Virus record (IMG/VR): IMGVR_UViG_3300031992_000042
Span: 32,001 to 96,000 of that record
From: a virus
Taxonomy: Duplodnaviria; Caudoviricetes
DNA: 64,000 bases
Strand: one strand, 5' to 3'
Both the position numbers and the translations under genes were made by a program. Positions within the stretch are counted from its first letter, which is position 1. Each line of letters begins with the position of its first letter. The notes under the pieces are model-generated. The model saw only the letters and a program-made list of their open reading frames with translations. It searched no databases and was not told the origin of the DNA. Below are positions 20,229-30,894 of this stretch, piece after piece.

Positions 20229-20671
20229 TATGAAATACCTCCTAATAAAGTAGATAATTCTTCTATTATTTCTGGCTGTGCTGATTCAATAAACCGTTGC
20301 TGGACATCTGTCCAATCAAGCATATTGTAAATTTCAGACTCAATAAAAAAAGAAATTTTTTTGTCAAAATTATCGTTTATTAAATCAACTAACCCTCTAT
20401 TTTTAGATAAAAAATCAACAGATAGTTTAGCTATATCAATTTCAGCCTTTGCTTTAATTGCTCCAATTCCAAACTTAACTTCTGCAGATAAATAATGAGT
20501 TAGCATATTATATATTTTTTTATCTTCTTCAGTACTAGCAGCAGATGCACTTATAGTTAATTCGTTTCTCATCATTCCGTATAATGCATTTTTAAAATAC
20601 AAAAAAGATGTATCTCCAAAAATAGAGTATAAATCAGTACCCATGTATACCACCCGGCTTTTTCTTTGCAT
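20228..20671 (-). CDS. Hypothetical protein in the neck region
   Basis: ORF in the operon. Confidence 0.5.
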   Translation of the reverse strand: MQRKSRVVYMGTDLYSIFGDTSFLYFKNALYGMMRNELTISASAASTEEDKKIYNMLTHYLSAEVKFGIGAIKAKAEIDIAKLSVDFLSKNRGLVDLINDNFDKKISFFIESEIYNMLDWTDVQQRFIESAQPEIIEELSTLLGGIS

Positions 20672-21368
20672 GAAACTTTAACGTTCCATATTCGCCAAAA
20701 ATATTTATGCCTACTCTATTTATATCAACAATGTAATATGTTTCATTTCCCCACTCAAACTCATCTTTTATATGAATTTGGGCAGTTTTAGGATTGTATT
20801 GAGTTGTAAATATAGTCAAAGCATTAACAGTTTCTCCGGGTGTCCCAGACACAGTAACATCTTCAGGTCTTCCGTCGTAACGGAAAGCATTGCATGGAAG
20901 CCTGTCAACAATTTTAATTTTGCCTGATTTAGATCCACGTTTAACATAACCTAAATCATCGACTTCTGCATCTTTAAATCGTTCAATATTTAACATCATA
21001 TTGCATCGTAAAGCACGAGAAGGAGCATTATTCGATTGAAGATGAACTTCCCAGTCTAATATGTAAACCGTATTATCTGGTTCAATAAGCATATCACCTT
21101 TTCGTATTCCGCTTGAGCGAGAACATCTGATGTTCATATTATTATCTGTATTTTCATATCGACTCTTTGTAGAATCTGGATATATTTCTCCACGAATATA
21201 TGTCGGCTTATAGTCTTTTTCAAACTGGTCATACCAATTATGAAGAAGTTCAAAATCCATATTCGTATCTGGAATATCCTGTTCTAAGAATTTATCAAAG
21301 TCAGCGGCAAGCGTCCTCGGGACCCTAAACCGCTTGGTAGTACCTTGCGGTACATAGGGAATAGACAT
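20634..21368 (-). CDS. Putative head closure/stopper protein
   Basis: Synteny; two beta-barrel-like repeats (IRKGD...VYI and IHIKDEF..G..TYYI). Confidence 0.5.
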   Translation of the reverse strand: MSIPYVPQGTTKRFRVPRTLAADFDKFLEQDIPDTNMDFELLHNWYDQFEKDYKPTYIRGEIYPDSTKSRYENTDNNMNIRCSRSSGIRKGDMLIEPDNTVYILDWEVHLQSNNAPSRALRCNMMLNIERFKDAEVDDLGYVKRGSKSGKIKIVDRLPCNAFRYDGRPEDVTVSGTPGETVNALTIFTTQYNPKTAQIHIKDEFEWGNETYYIVDINRVGINIFGEYGTLKFHAKKKPGGIHGY

Positions 21369-21377
21369 ATTGCCACC

Positions 21378-21707
21378 TCATTTCATTGTTCTTGCAAGAT
21401 ATTCACTAAAAGGCATTGTTGTAGCTTTCACGCCCTTAAAAGAAAGATTTTCAGGCAATCGTCTAACAGCATTTGCTTGATCTAAAAGCTTATGTCTAAT
21501 TTTTTGAAACCTTTCTACTAATTCAGGAGACCAGTCTTGTTTTTGCTTGTTTCCTGAAAAATAATAAAACGCATCTTCTACATCCATTAGTATACGTTTT
21601 AACTCTAAACTGAGCATTTCTGTATAGTCGATAAAGTCATATTCTTTTTCGACTACAGTTTCAAGATCTTTATTTTTATATTCGATCTTCACTCTAAAAT
21701 CACTCAT
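21378..21707 (-). CDS. Hypothetical protein
   Basis: ORF in the operon. Confidence 0.55.
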   Translation of the reverse strand: MSDFRVKIEYKNKDLETVVEKEYDFIDYTEMLSLELKRILMDVEDAFYYFSGNKQKQDWSPELVERFQKIRHKLLDQANAVRRLPENLSFKGVKATTMPFSEYLARTMK

Positions 21708-21719
21708 TTACTTTCACCC

Positions 21720-22163
21720 TTAAGTCTCGTTTGTATCACGAGCCATCATTTTATGAAAAACACGAATCCGATCAAGTTCGAGATCATCGATTTCCTGTTG
21801 TATCGATTTATATCCCTCTTTTGCTCCTGTTACAGATAACGCATCTGTTGTATAACTCATAGCTGCATCACCAGCAACATCGTTAAAAACTTTACGATAA
21901 AAATTTAACTTGCAAAGAATATAAATGTATTCTTCTTGGACAATATCAAAATCATGATCATAACAAACATTTTCTTCTTCGTCAGTTGTAAACAAAGTTC
22001 GGTCATAACTATTAGGGTGGTTGACGTCAACAAAAAACCTTTTAATTGCCCATACTACGATTTTTACAAAATCTTCTGGATACATAGGCGTAGGTGTACT
22101 TTGCCAATCTAACTCTTCTTTGAGCTGATCAGCTGTTTCCTGAATATTGTACACATCAGCCAC
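21720..22163 (-). CDS. Putative head-tail adaptor
   Basis: Synteny after the capsid gene; size and helical pattern with an SYTTDALSV beta element. Confidence 0.5.
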   Translation of the reverse strand: MADVYNIQETADQLKEELDWQSTPTPMYPEDFVKIVVWAIKRFFVDVNHPNSYDRTLFTTDEEENVCYDHDFDIVQEEYIYILCKLNFYRKVFNDVAGDAAMSYTTDALSVTGAKEGYKSIQQEIDDLELDRIRVFHKMMARDTNET

Positions 22164-22174
22164 TCCTTTCTAAA

Positions 22175-22642
22175 TTATTGTTCGCTCTCTTCTTCTTCGA
22201 GAAGATCACGATTGGGCATTTTAGCATTCAGAACCTTCAACTTGCTTGCTGGAAGGTCCATCTTTTTGCCAACTTCCCAAATTTCATGGATTTCAACAGG
22301 ATCTTCAATCTTGTTAATCCAAGACTTAAAAGCATTAAAAGGCTTTTTAAGATTTGCTTCAATTTCTTTGGCGTTATGATGTACAGCCGTAGATTCATCC
22401 GTGAATCCGCCTACATCTTCAAGTGTTAAGTCTTTGCCATTATCATCTACAGGAACTAACATTTTTCCTGAGAAGAATTTACGATGAGTACAAATACTCT
22501 CTATATAGAGAATATCGTTAACAGACAGCACGGCAAAGCTGCCCGGTTTAATATTTAAAGATTGTTGACCGTTGTTAACATAAACACCGATAGCGTGGTT
22601 ACAACGATTATATACGCGATATCTCGCATCTCCGTTAATCAT
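22175..22642 (-). CDS. Hypothetical capsid-associated protein
   Basis: ORF immediately after the major capsid gene. Confidence 0.55.
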   Translation of the reverse strand: MINGDARYRVYNRCNHAIGVYVNNGQQSLNIKPGSFAVLSVNDILYIESICTHRKFFSGKMLVPVDDNGKDLTLEDVGGFTDESTAVHHNAKEIEANLKKPFNAFKSWINKIEDPVEIHEIWEVGKKMDLPASKLKVLNAKMPNRDLLEEEESEQ

Positions 22643-22684
22643 AATTCCTTCATACCTTTCATCGAAATAAAAATATCAAAAATA

Positions 22685-22712
22685 GGGAAGCGAGCCGTAA
22701 AGCTCGCTTCCC
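22685..22712 (-). terminator. Intrinsic terminator after the major capsid gene
   Basis: GGGAAGCGAGC / GCTCGCTTCCC stem followed by TATTTTT. Confidence 0.8.
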
Positions 22713-22729
22713 GTAAAACCAAATAATGA

Positions 22730-23731
22730 TTAGCCGATCTCATACGCACCGATGGTGGGAATGGAACCAACAACAAACGCAGCACCGAAGCGCTGAGTCA
22801 GTTCAGTTTCAAACGTATGATCATCGATAGTCTGTTGAGTCATGCTATAGGTCGGACCTTCGTTCAGAACCTTCAGGTTCTTCTGATCGTTGGACACACC
22901 GGCAGAGATAATGTAAATCCAGTCGGGGTTCAGGATCGGAGTGGTCTTGCCATCTTCATAAGCATTGATCATAGAGATAACAGCAGCGCCATTGTAACGA
23001 CCAAGGTAGCCATTGTTATTCTTCTCATCGATCATGCTGCCACTATACTGAACACTATTGTTGTTAACAGGAGCGCCAGACAGAGCAAACAGACCTTCAA
23101 CAGCAGCAGCGTCACCAACAAGGCTTACGCCGCCAAGCCGCTTAAAGTACATCAGCTGATCGTCGATAGTGTTCTTAACGATACCAGTACCAGTGCCGTA
23201 GAACGGAGTGCTGTAAGCACCGCTGGACAGAGCATCATGCAGAACCTTTTCAACATACTTCAGCTTCAGCATAGTGAATTCTTTGTTTGCATCACGAATC
23301 AGGTCAGGCATATTGATCCGGTTCATACGAATGTCCCAGATATTGATAGCCGGACGGCTCGCGATTTCGAAAGTATTAATAGAGAACTGACGATCAGTCA
23401 CGTAGCTCCGAGCGGTGGTAGCACCAGTCGCTTGGATAAACGCCTTGATGCCAGCAGTCTTCATGCGATACATGGGACGGTCACCCAGAGCTACGTTACG
23501 CACATCCGCAAAAGTCTCGATGAAATTCAGAGAATTCTGTTGCAGTTCATTGATGGTGAACGCAATAATCTGACCAATTTCATGCTGATGCTGAGGAGAC
23601 ATATCCTGAGCCAGCTCGTTGACGATAGCGGAAGCCTCTTCGACCTTGTCGGATTCGACCCGTTCATTACGGACCTGAGCAGCCATTACTTTAATGAGCT
23701 TGCTGTCCTTATCAACCCTAATTTCAGCCAT
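22730..23731 (-). CDS. Major capsid protein
   Basis: 333 aa; strong codon bias; GGAGG RBS; followed by a terminator; order portal-protease-decoration-capsid. Confidence 0.8.
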   Translation of the reverse strand: MAEIRVDKDSKLIKVMAAQVRNERVESDKVEEASAIVNELAQDMSPQHQHEIGQIIAFTINELQQNSLNFIETFADVRNVALGDRPMYRMKTAGIKAFIQATGATTARSYVTDRQFSINTFEIASRPAINIWDIRMNRINMPDLIRDANKEFTMLKLKYVEKVLHDALSSGAYSTPFYGTGTGIVKNTIDDQLMYFKRLGGVSLVGDAAAVEGLFALSGAPVNNNSVQYSGSMIDEKNNNGYLGRYNGAAVISMINAYEDGKTTPILNPDWIYIISAGVSNDQKNLKVLNEGPTYSMTQQTIDDHTFETELTQRFGAAFVVGSIPTIGAYEIG

Positions 23732-23745
23732 TGCAATTCACCTCC

Positions 23746-24192
23746 TTAACCAATTGTACCGTCAGCCTTCAGGGTGTACACAGCACCAGCAGTAGGCGTT
23801 CCGGTCACGCAGGTAGTAACAAACTCTTCGCCCAGTAACAGAGCGTGAGCCCGCATCAGTTCACCGACAGGCTGCGTATAATTACGCTTGTCGTATTCCT
23901 GATAATCTTCAACATTAAATTGACGTTCGTTTTCAACTAAGAAATGGCGCTTGCCAATTTCCTGAACTTGAAAACGATAGGCAGTCATGCCACCATAGAT
24001 ATCGGTAACTTCCATGCAAAGGAACTTCGCACCAGTATCAGCAGCCGGAAGAACCAGTGCATCATTGGTAGGAGGAGTTGTGGAAGCTAAACCCTGATCC
24101 ATGATAAGACCATTCGGCACAGGATTAGCAGCACCATTCTTCAGAGTGCCTTCATAAACATAACCCTGAAGCTTTGTCATATATCCAGCCAT
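23746..24192 (-). CDS. Putative capsid decoration protein
   Basis: Small, highly expressed, beta-rich ORF between the scaffold and capsid genes. Confidence 0.55.
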   Translation of the reverse strand: MAGYMTKLQGYVYEGTLKNGAANPVPNGLIMDQGLASTTPPTNDALVLPAADTGAKFLCMEVTDIYGGMTAYRFQVQEIGKRHFLVENERQFNVEDYQEYDKRNYTQPVGELMRAHALLLGEEFVTTCVTGTPTAGAVYTLKADGTIG

Positions 24193-24221
24193 AGCTAGTC
24201 ATACCTTTCATTTAGATTTTC

Positions 24222-25577
24222 TCAAGCCTTTTCAAGCAGAGAATAAGACGCCGTTTTGGTTTCTTTTTCAAGCAGAGAATATTTCCCTGTTGCATTAAGA
24301 TCACCCATAAACGGATTGATTTCGCCTACAACTGGTTTCGCTTCGGCAATTTGCTTCTGCTCTTTCAGCTCAGCGATTTCAGACTTAAGCTCGCTAATCA
24401 TGTCAAGCATTTCTGCAATTAACTGTTCAGCGGTCTTTTTCTGTTCTACATTAATAACAGGTGGGTCTTCTTCAGCAGCAGGTTCGGTTTCGCTCTGGTC
24501 GTTGCCAGACCCTGAATCACCGGACTCACCGGAATTATCCCCATTTTGTGTTTCAGAATTGTTGGTTTCACCGCTAGTTTCTCCGTCTCCAGATTCGCCT
24601 GCGCCGTCTCCATCCGCTTCTGCAACATGAATACCATCAACTGTTTCAACCAGAGTACCTTCCTGGACATCATTACTGCATGTTTCAATCGTTACAGTCT
24701 GGCTAACTTCTTTGCCAGTTTCTGTATCGTATGCAACACTGGTATGACGTTCTTCATGATATTCACGAGTTACAACAGCTGCGTTTTCTGCCTCAGCAGT
24801 TTCTGTGCTTTCAGCAGTTTCTTCTTCAGCCTTTTCCTTTTTCTTGCAGGCTGCATTTTCGGTTTCTTCTTCAGATTCGGCATTTTCAGCTTTATCTTCT
24901 GTTTCAACCTTTTCTTCTTCAGCCAGTTCAGGCTGTGTGGCTTCGGTCTCAACGACTTCAGCCTTGGTTTCGACTTCTGCCATTTCACTTTCACCCTTTC
25001 TGGTTTCATCTGTGTTCTTCTGTGCTACTAATTCAAGTGCCACAGCTTCTTCACAGGCGGGATAGGTCACAATGGCTGTGCCTTCCAAATAGTTGTTTTC
25101 AGACGCATCGATCAGAATTGTTTCATCATCAAGTTCGGTGTACTCACCAACAGAAAGTTCGAAAGAAAATTTCAGAGCATTATCGGCAAATAATTCGGAT
25201 ATTGCTTTGCTTAACTTTTTGTTGCGCTTTGGAATACGAGCGTATCCAACCAAAGCACAGCCGTTCTGTATAGTTTGTTTTTCGAATTGATAAAAACTTC
25301 CGATCTGCGTTGAATGGAACTCGCCTGTTCTGACATCGTACAGATGACCAAGGCGATTATAATTTCCATTAGTCAGAGCCTTGACGTCCGCATAAAGCGG
25401 AAGACCTACATACCGCGCTTCATTACCTACAATTTCATCGATGAAAGCTTCGGTAACTCTTGCTCCGTTAAGATTAGCCTCAGGAGCTTCGCATATGCGA
25501 GCCTTGACAGTCATAAAAACATCCGACTGCTGGATTTCGGAAATGGTAGACGCAAAGACAAGTTTGCTCATAACCAT
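24222..25577 (-). CDS. Prohead protease with an acidic scaffold domain
   Basis: N-terminal NLNG...GH...FSFE...G.A.V..PA protease pattern; acidic low-complexity C-terminal half, with an internal RBS before MAEVETK. Confidence 0.7.
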   Translation of the reverse strand: MVMSKLVFASTISEIQQSDVFMTVKARICEAPEANLNGARVTEAFIDEIVGNEARYVGLPLYADVKALTNGNYNRLGHLYDVRTGEFHSTQIGSFYQFEKQTIQNGCALVGYARIPKRNKKLSKAISELFADNALKFSFELSVGEYTELDDETILIDASENNYLEGTAIVTYPACEEAVALELVAQKNTDETRKGESEMAEVETKAEVVETEATQPELAEEEKVETEDKAENAESEEETENAACKKKEKAEEETAESTETAEAENAAVVTREYHEERHTSVAYDTETGKEVSQTVTIETCSNDVQEGTLVETVDGIHVAEADGDGAGESGDGETSGETNNSETQNGDNSGESGDSGSGNDQSETEPAAEEDPPVINVEQKKTAEQLIAEMLDMISELKSEIAELKEQKQIAEAKPVVGEINPFMGDLNATGKYSLLEKETKTASYSLLEKA

Positions 25578-25884
25578 TCTCCCTTTGCTTTGCGTTCAGT
25601 GGTGGGAGACAAAGAGCGCAAGGCTAATCTATACAAACACCTTTCGGTGGATGTATTAAAAAATGCTGGGACTTATACACAAAGGATGCCCAGCCGCTAC
25701 CAAGGTGCGCATTACAAATAAAATTTTTAAGGAGGAGGAATCTTACCTATGAAAGTTTTGAAGAGGCGCTGGTAGCACTATTAAATAAATCGATTTTATA
25801 GGGATATCGTAACCGCAACAACGTTGCATTCAGGCGCAACAAACCATTACTGCTCTTGACTTTATTTATAGACGCGCAAAGCTT

Positions 25885-27468
25885 TTACGTCTCGTCATCC
25901 ATAGATCCTTCTGGATTGCTCGGCTTGGGCTGTTTACCTCTTACTGCCGCTTCTGGATCGGATGTACGTTCGTCGTCTTCCTTTTTAGGGCGTCCGACTT
26001 TATTATTTGTACTGCTTGTTGAATTATCTACATAAGTTGTATTACCAAGCTCTCTCGGTAACATAACCTGATCTGTACCATCTTTCTTCTCGTTTTCACG
26101 ATTTTCTCTTTCGATTTCGAGAGAATATCCGTTAATATCAAGCATATGCTTCGTAGAAATAACACCCTTCTCCCAAAGCTCAATGGCCTTTTCACGAAGA
26201 GCTTTTTTACCTTCGATAGAAAGCGGCTGAAAATGAAATTCAGGTGTTTCTTTTAAGTTATATGTTCCCGGAATGCTTTCTGCTAAACGTTTATTGATTT
26301 GTGTCATCATGTCGCAGAACTCATCTCGAACAGCATTAATACGAGCTTCTGCTGTTTGAGTAGAAACCTGAGCAGAAGCGAACGTAGAACCGTCTTCAGA
26401 TATACCTGTAACTAATACACCGCTTATACCGCCTGCAGAAAGAATATCGTTGTTAACGTTTCTGTATTTATCCCATTGGAATAAATCGTCCATGTCGAAC
26501 TGGACAGTTTCTGCTGAGGCTAAATGATTTGTAACAGCTAGCGGCGTACCGCTCATTGCAGATAAGAATATCTTACGGACAGCAGCTAATTGCGGTTGAT
26601 CTGGAAGAACATCGTTTATCTTTGAGCTTTCGCCATATTTAACATGCACAAAACTACGTTTACCGATATTAAGCATCGCATCCTCGTAGCTTGAAATAAG
26701 CTCTTTTTTAGCAAGAGCCCTAAGTGCGGACGCAATAAAAGGAATAGCGTATCTTTGCCAGCTTTCTTTAGATCCTTGTAAAACAAATGTATTTGCCGGA
26801 TCAAGCTGCGCATATTGTTGATTACCCTTAACAGCTTTCTGAATTTCTTCTGGATAACCTTTTAAAATATAATCAACATTACTATCCTTAACATAGTTTT
26901 CTTTAACGCTATAACCTTTTTGTTGAATATCGTTAATAATACTTTGGCAGTCGAAATCAATAATAGGAGTTCCGTTAAACATTGTATTACCGATACGCCA
27001 CTTATTCGGAGGTAAAGTAATAAGATCTCCGTCTTTAAGATAACAACAAACGTTGTTATATTTCCAGATTTCAAGCATAATAGCGTCTATTTTTTCTCTT
27101 AAACGCATACGCTTATATTGTTCTTCGTACAGTTCGTAAGTCTTTTTCTTGGAACCTGTAAGATACCAATCTGAACAGGTAGAAAAGGGAACATATACAT
27201 GTTTAACGATACCATGAACAATTGGATCTGCGTCTGTATAATAATCAGCTAATTGGTAAAAGTTTTGTATGTTGTCCTGTTTATTACGAAGAATTGATAC
27301 ATAATCGTATTCCGACAATTCTCCGCTAAAAGTGAAGTTGGAGTTAGAAAAGCTTTGGATTGTTTCCTGATCCTGTTCTTTTCCTGCCCCAACCGCAGTT
27401 ATCTTCTTCTGGGGCGGAGTTGCCACAGTTGTTTCGTTTCGACCAAACAGTCGGTCTAATAAGCCCAT
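25885..27468 (-). CDS. Portal protein
   Basis: 527 aa; follows the terminase; C-terminal GRP motif. Confidence 0.75.
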   Translation of the reverse strand: MGLLDRLFGRNETTVATPPQKKITAVGAGKEQDQETIQSFSNSNFTFSGELSEYDYVSILRNKQDNIQNFYQLADYYTDADPIVHGIVKHVYVPFSTCSDWYLTGSKKKTYELYEEQYKRMRLREKIDAIMLEIWKYNNVCCYLKDGDLITLPPNKWRIGNTMFNGTPIIDFDCQSIINDIQQKGYSVKENYVKDSNVDYILKGYPEEIQKAVKGNQQYAQLDPANTFVLQGSKESWQRYAIPFIASALRALAKKELISSYEDAMLNIGKRSFVHVKYGESSKINDVLPDQPQLAAVRKIFLSAMSGTPLAVTNHLASAETVQFDMDDLFQWDKYRNVNNDILSAGGISGVLVTGISEDGSTFASAQVSTQTAEARINAVRDEFCDMMTQINKRLAESIPGTYNLKETPEFHFQPLSIEGKKALREKAIELWEKGVISTKHMLDINGYSLEIERENRENEKKDGTDQVMLPRELGNTTYVDNSTSSTNNKVGRPKKEDDERTSDPEAAVRGKQPKPSNPEGSMDDET

Positions 27469-27487
27469 CGGGACTCAGCCCCTTTCG

Positions 27488-29182
27488 TTAAAAATGTCCA
27501 AACGTTTTTGCGATTCGTTTAGATTCAAAGTCGTCGAAACCTCCGGTAATGCCTACACATACAGGTCCCCGTTTATGAAGTTTTACGCTTTCTTTTTCAA
27601 GTTCAGATATATAGTCATTAGCCATAGCCAATGATGAATATCTGTCCTTATGCTGGTTTGCACGAGGAACGTCATATGTTTTATTACCAGAAGCTGAAGT
27701 TTTTTCTACAATATTTCCCATCTCAAACTGAAGAGCGTCTGCTTCTAAGAATACAGCCATTTCTTCAGTACTGAGTCTTTTGTTTGGATCATCAATTTCC
27801 TGTTGCTTTGCTCTCATTGTTCTTTCATTCATAGGAAGTTCAATTGTACGTTTTTCCAAAGCAACACGAAGGTTAGTATATATACGTTGATTTAACTGGT
27901 TTACAGCCCTAAATGGATGTAAAACCTGTTCAGCGTCAGGATTAGTCAATGATTGATCGTCCACCACCAAAGGAGGATATTCTTTTCCTGAAACAGGATC
28001 GATCCATTCTTTATCAAAGAAACGGTCAAAGCTGTCTCCTAATCCACGCGCATCGTATATTATTTTCTCTGTATTAGGAAAACGAAGGTGATAATACTTT
28101 CGTACTTCCTCGGCTAAGAAGTCTAACGGTTTACCGTTATAGCTTCTAATATGAACCAGTTTCTTTGCAAAAGAGCCATCGCTTCGTTCTGTAAATTTTT
28201 CAACAGAAAGAATACTGTTATCAGATCCTTTTGCTTGCGAAGTAGCTATATCCAGACATATCACATATCTGGATTTGGAATTCTTTGGCTGTTCCATTTC
28301 AACTTGTTCCAACGTCCTGCATGGACTTGTAAGGTCAAAAGGAAACGCCGAATTAGAATTTGCTCCAACAAACTTAGAACCATATTCCATTTGAAAAATT
28401 AAATCAGGCATACGTTCTTTTTCTTGCATAAAGAAATCAATATCAGTAATTCCGTTTGCGGCGGCAGAACGATAGTCTAAAGCACATGCAAAAACCGTAG
28501 GATCGCCTTTAGCCATTCTTCTAACGTCTTTTACAAATGCTTCATAATATTGATTTGATTTTTCACATGCAGAAGTAATGGTTATTGTTTTAGACTGAAA
28601 GTCTTTAAAACCATAAGAAAAGCATAATCCTCTTGTTGCGTTTCTTGTAGGATTAACGATTGCTTCCAGTTCGGTCTGGTCAACATCCAAAGCTTCGTCT
28701 ACTATAACAATCTTAAAACGGTGACCACGAGCGCTTGACAAAGAAACGCTTTCCAAGGTGCTTCCGTTCTTTAAAGTACATTTAGAACTATCCTTGGACA
28801 CTTGCACTAAAGACTTGGAGTTGGACGCTTGTATTTCGTTCGCAACGTGCGGATTTTGGTTTGCTATATCCTTTAGCTTTCCTAATGCTAATGTGGCTTG
28901 CATAGCGGTAGCTGAAATAATACCAACAGGAGTGCCAGGGTATAGAACCCCTAAACCAAACGCGGCAAAAGCTGCAATCCAAGTCTTACCATATCCACGG
29001 GAACAAGTATCCTTAGAGTCGACACAATTGCCTATTTGCCGAACCATGACATGTTGAGTTCTTGTAAGTTTCGTCGGAGGAAAAGCATCCTCCAAAAAAA
29101 CATCTAAGTGTTCACGATAAAACTGTACTTGTTCTTCAACTAAGTTCCAGTCTGTAATAACACCCATTCTTGGCATTGCCAT
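27488..29182 (-). CDS. terL: Terminase large subunit
   Basis: Walker A SRGYGKT, Walker B IVIVDEA, nuclease LDIA...YDARGLG...HKDRYSS. Confidence 0.9.
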   Translation of the reverse strand: MAMPRMGVITDWNLVEEQVQFYREHLDVFLEDAFPPTKLTRTQHVMVRQIGNCVDSKDTCSRGYGKTWIAAFAAFGLGVLYPGTPVGIISATAMQATLALGKLKDIANQNPHVANEIQASNSKSLVQVSKDSSKCTLKNGSTLESVSLSSARGHRFKIVIVDEALDVDQTELEAIVNPTRNATRGLCFSYGFKDFQSKTITITSACEKSNQYYEAFVKDVRRMAKGDPTVFACALDYRSAAANGITDIDFFMQEKERMPDLIFQMEYGSKFVGANSNSAFPFDLTSPCRTLEQVEMEQPKNSKSRYVICLDIATSQAKGSDNSILSVEKFTERSDGSFAKKLVHIRSYNGKPLDFLAEEVRKYYHLRFPNTEKIIYDARGLGDSFDRFFDKEWIDPVSGKEYPPLVVDDQSLTNPDAEQVLHPFRAVNQLNQRIYTNLRVALEKRTIELPMNERTMRAKQQEIDDPNKRLSTEEMAVFLEADALQFEMGNIVEKTSASGNKTYDVPRANQHKDRYSSLAMANDYISELEKESVKLHKRGPVCVGITGGFDDFESKRIAKTFGHF

Positions 29183-29195
29183 AAAGATTCACTCC

Positions 29196-30119
29196 TTATA
29201 TCGTGTCAAGACCAAGAGACTCAACAATATATCTAAATTCTTCTATAGTTTTGTCAACATCGTCTTTTTCCCATTCTATTTTTCTTTGCATCGTATGACC
29301 TGTAGTTTCAAGCTGGAAACAAATTTCAGCCCATGAGCCCAAACCACCTTTATCTCCGGGCTTACGCTTGCACGCGGCAAAGTTACCAGTCTTCATTAAT
29401 AGGTCGTACTGCGCAATAGCGTCTTTAACATCCTGCAAATTGCATTTGCCGGACATATAATCGTTTTGCGCTTTATCTGCTAACAACGAAGCTTTAGCAA
29501 CTTTCTTAGCGTTATCTCTAAGAGAAGTATCCGAAAGATCGAAGTCTTGCTCTAAACCTTTGTAATAGTTTTTAAGATACTCTAGTTCCGCAGGTTTAAA
29601 TTCTCCGTTGAAGAACTCGTCGTAGATTTTTAAATTTTTATCCTTTGCTCTCTGCGGTTCTGATTCTACAATCTGTCCGTTTTCTTTTGCTTCGTCGTAG
29701 TCGTTTGTATTTGCATCCTTTTTATGTTCTTCGTATTTATAGTTCTGAGTTAACTTAAACAACGAAGGCATAATAGGGCAAGCTATCGATTCTAATAAAA
29801 CAGCACGGCGATCTTCGTTAGACTTCTGATAAACAGTTGATTTAGCAGCTTCTAATTCTGCCTGTTTAAGAGCGTTCTCCCAAACATTTTCTTTCCACAT
29901 TCGATTGTTTTCCCAGAAGTATCTACGCATTTCGTCTTTTGTTCTTATCTTAGCAAGACATTGTTTACACCATGCGTCCTTATTTCCGTTACTAACCCAG
30001 TCTCTGTTCGACAAAAAATTCGACAAAGGTTTTGTTTGCCCGCAGTGTATGCACATACGGGTTTGAGCAGGAGGGTTTGTTTTTTTTGGTTTCGATACGA
30101 TGTAAGGCATAACATTCAC
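29196..30119 (-). CDS. Putative terminase small subunit (Zn-finger N-terminus)
   Basis: CIHC...CKQC motifs; directly upstream of terL. Confidence 0.5.
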   Translation of the reverse strand: MNVMPYIVSKPKKTNPPAQTRMCIHCGQTKPLSNFLSNRDWVSNGNKDAWCKQCLAKIRTKDEMRRYFWENNRMWKENVWENALKQAELEAAKSTVYQKSNEDRRAVLLESIACPIMPSLFKLTQNYKYEEHKKDANTNDYDEAKENGQIVESEPQRAKDKNLKIYDEFFNGEFKPAELEYLKNYYKGLEQDFDLSDTSLRDNAKKVAKASLLADKAQNDYMSGKCNLQDVKDAIAQYDLLMKTGNFAACKRKPGDKGGLGSWAEICFQLETTGHTMQRKIEWEKDDVDKTIEEFRYIVESLGLDTI

Positions 30120-30523
30120 TCTGTATCGTCTTGAATTAAGTTTTCAATTTCCTGCTCGTTAATTTGAAAACTTACGGTTTTCTTTTCAGCTTCTGTTAAA
30201 TCAGATTCTTTAACTTCGATACAGCCTGTTTCTAAAGGAGTTAACTCTTTAGTTGTCTTATCGATCTTTTTCATTGTTTGTTCATGCCTGACTTGATTAT
30301 AAAATTCTGCTAAAGCTAAAAAGAGCTCCGGTGTCTTAGTATATTTATATCTGATAATCGGATACTTAAAATGTTTTTTAGCATAGGTATAGTTAATACC
30401 TTTATCTTCTAAAAACTGGACTTCACGTTTCCATTGTGTGGAATACTCTTTATCGAACACTTGCTTGGGAACATCTAATTTAACTTCGTTGTCCATAAAA
30501 ATAATCTCCTTTAAGTTAATCAA
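30116..30523 (-). CDS. Hypothetical protein, first gene of the late operon
   Basis: AGGAG RBS before MDNEVK. Confidence 0.55.
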   Translation of the reverse strand: MINLKEIIFMDNEVKLDVPKQVFDKEYSTQWKREVQFLEDKGINYTYAKKHFKYPIIRYKYTKTPELFLALAEFYNQVRHEQTMKKIDKTTKELTPLETGCIEVKESDLTEAEKKTVSFQINEQEIENLIQDDTE

Positions 30524-30894
30524 AATAGGGAAGGAGTATATACTTCTCCCTTATACCTAACTTAGAAAGACACGGTATCAAAATATACAAAAATGTATAT
30601 TTTTCCCTTTTTAGATTTTTGTTTTATATAAGTTTCTTTAAGAGACACGGAAAGAGTTTTAAGAAATATGTTTGAAACTCTGTTTTTTTGTAGGTCTTAA
30701 AACGTAGATGTTGGATTTTGAAAACTGGTTTGGTGGAGAACTTATATATATGAATTCGAAAAGCTGAAAGTTTTTCAGCGTAAATTCGGTAGCAGCACCC
30801 TTGGCTATCGGGTACAACAGGCGAATGAGGGTTGCCTAGCCAGCCGTCTAATCCGCGATAAGGATAAAAAAACAATTTGTTGGAGGTGCCCCGT

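Noticed and set aside
22817-23749. 310-aa plus-strand ORF antisense to the capsid gene, and similar antisense ORFs over TMP, the scaffold and RNAP copy 1 (e.g. 33591-34580)
   Set aside because: Shadow ORFs produced by codon bias in the real genes; no RBS or motifs
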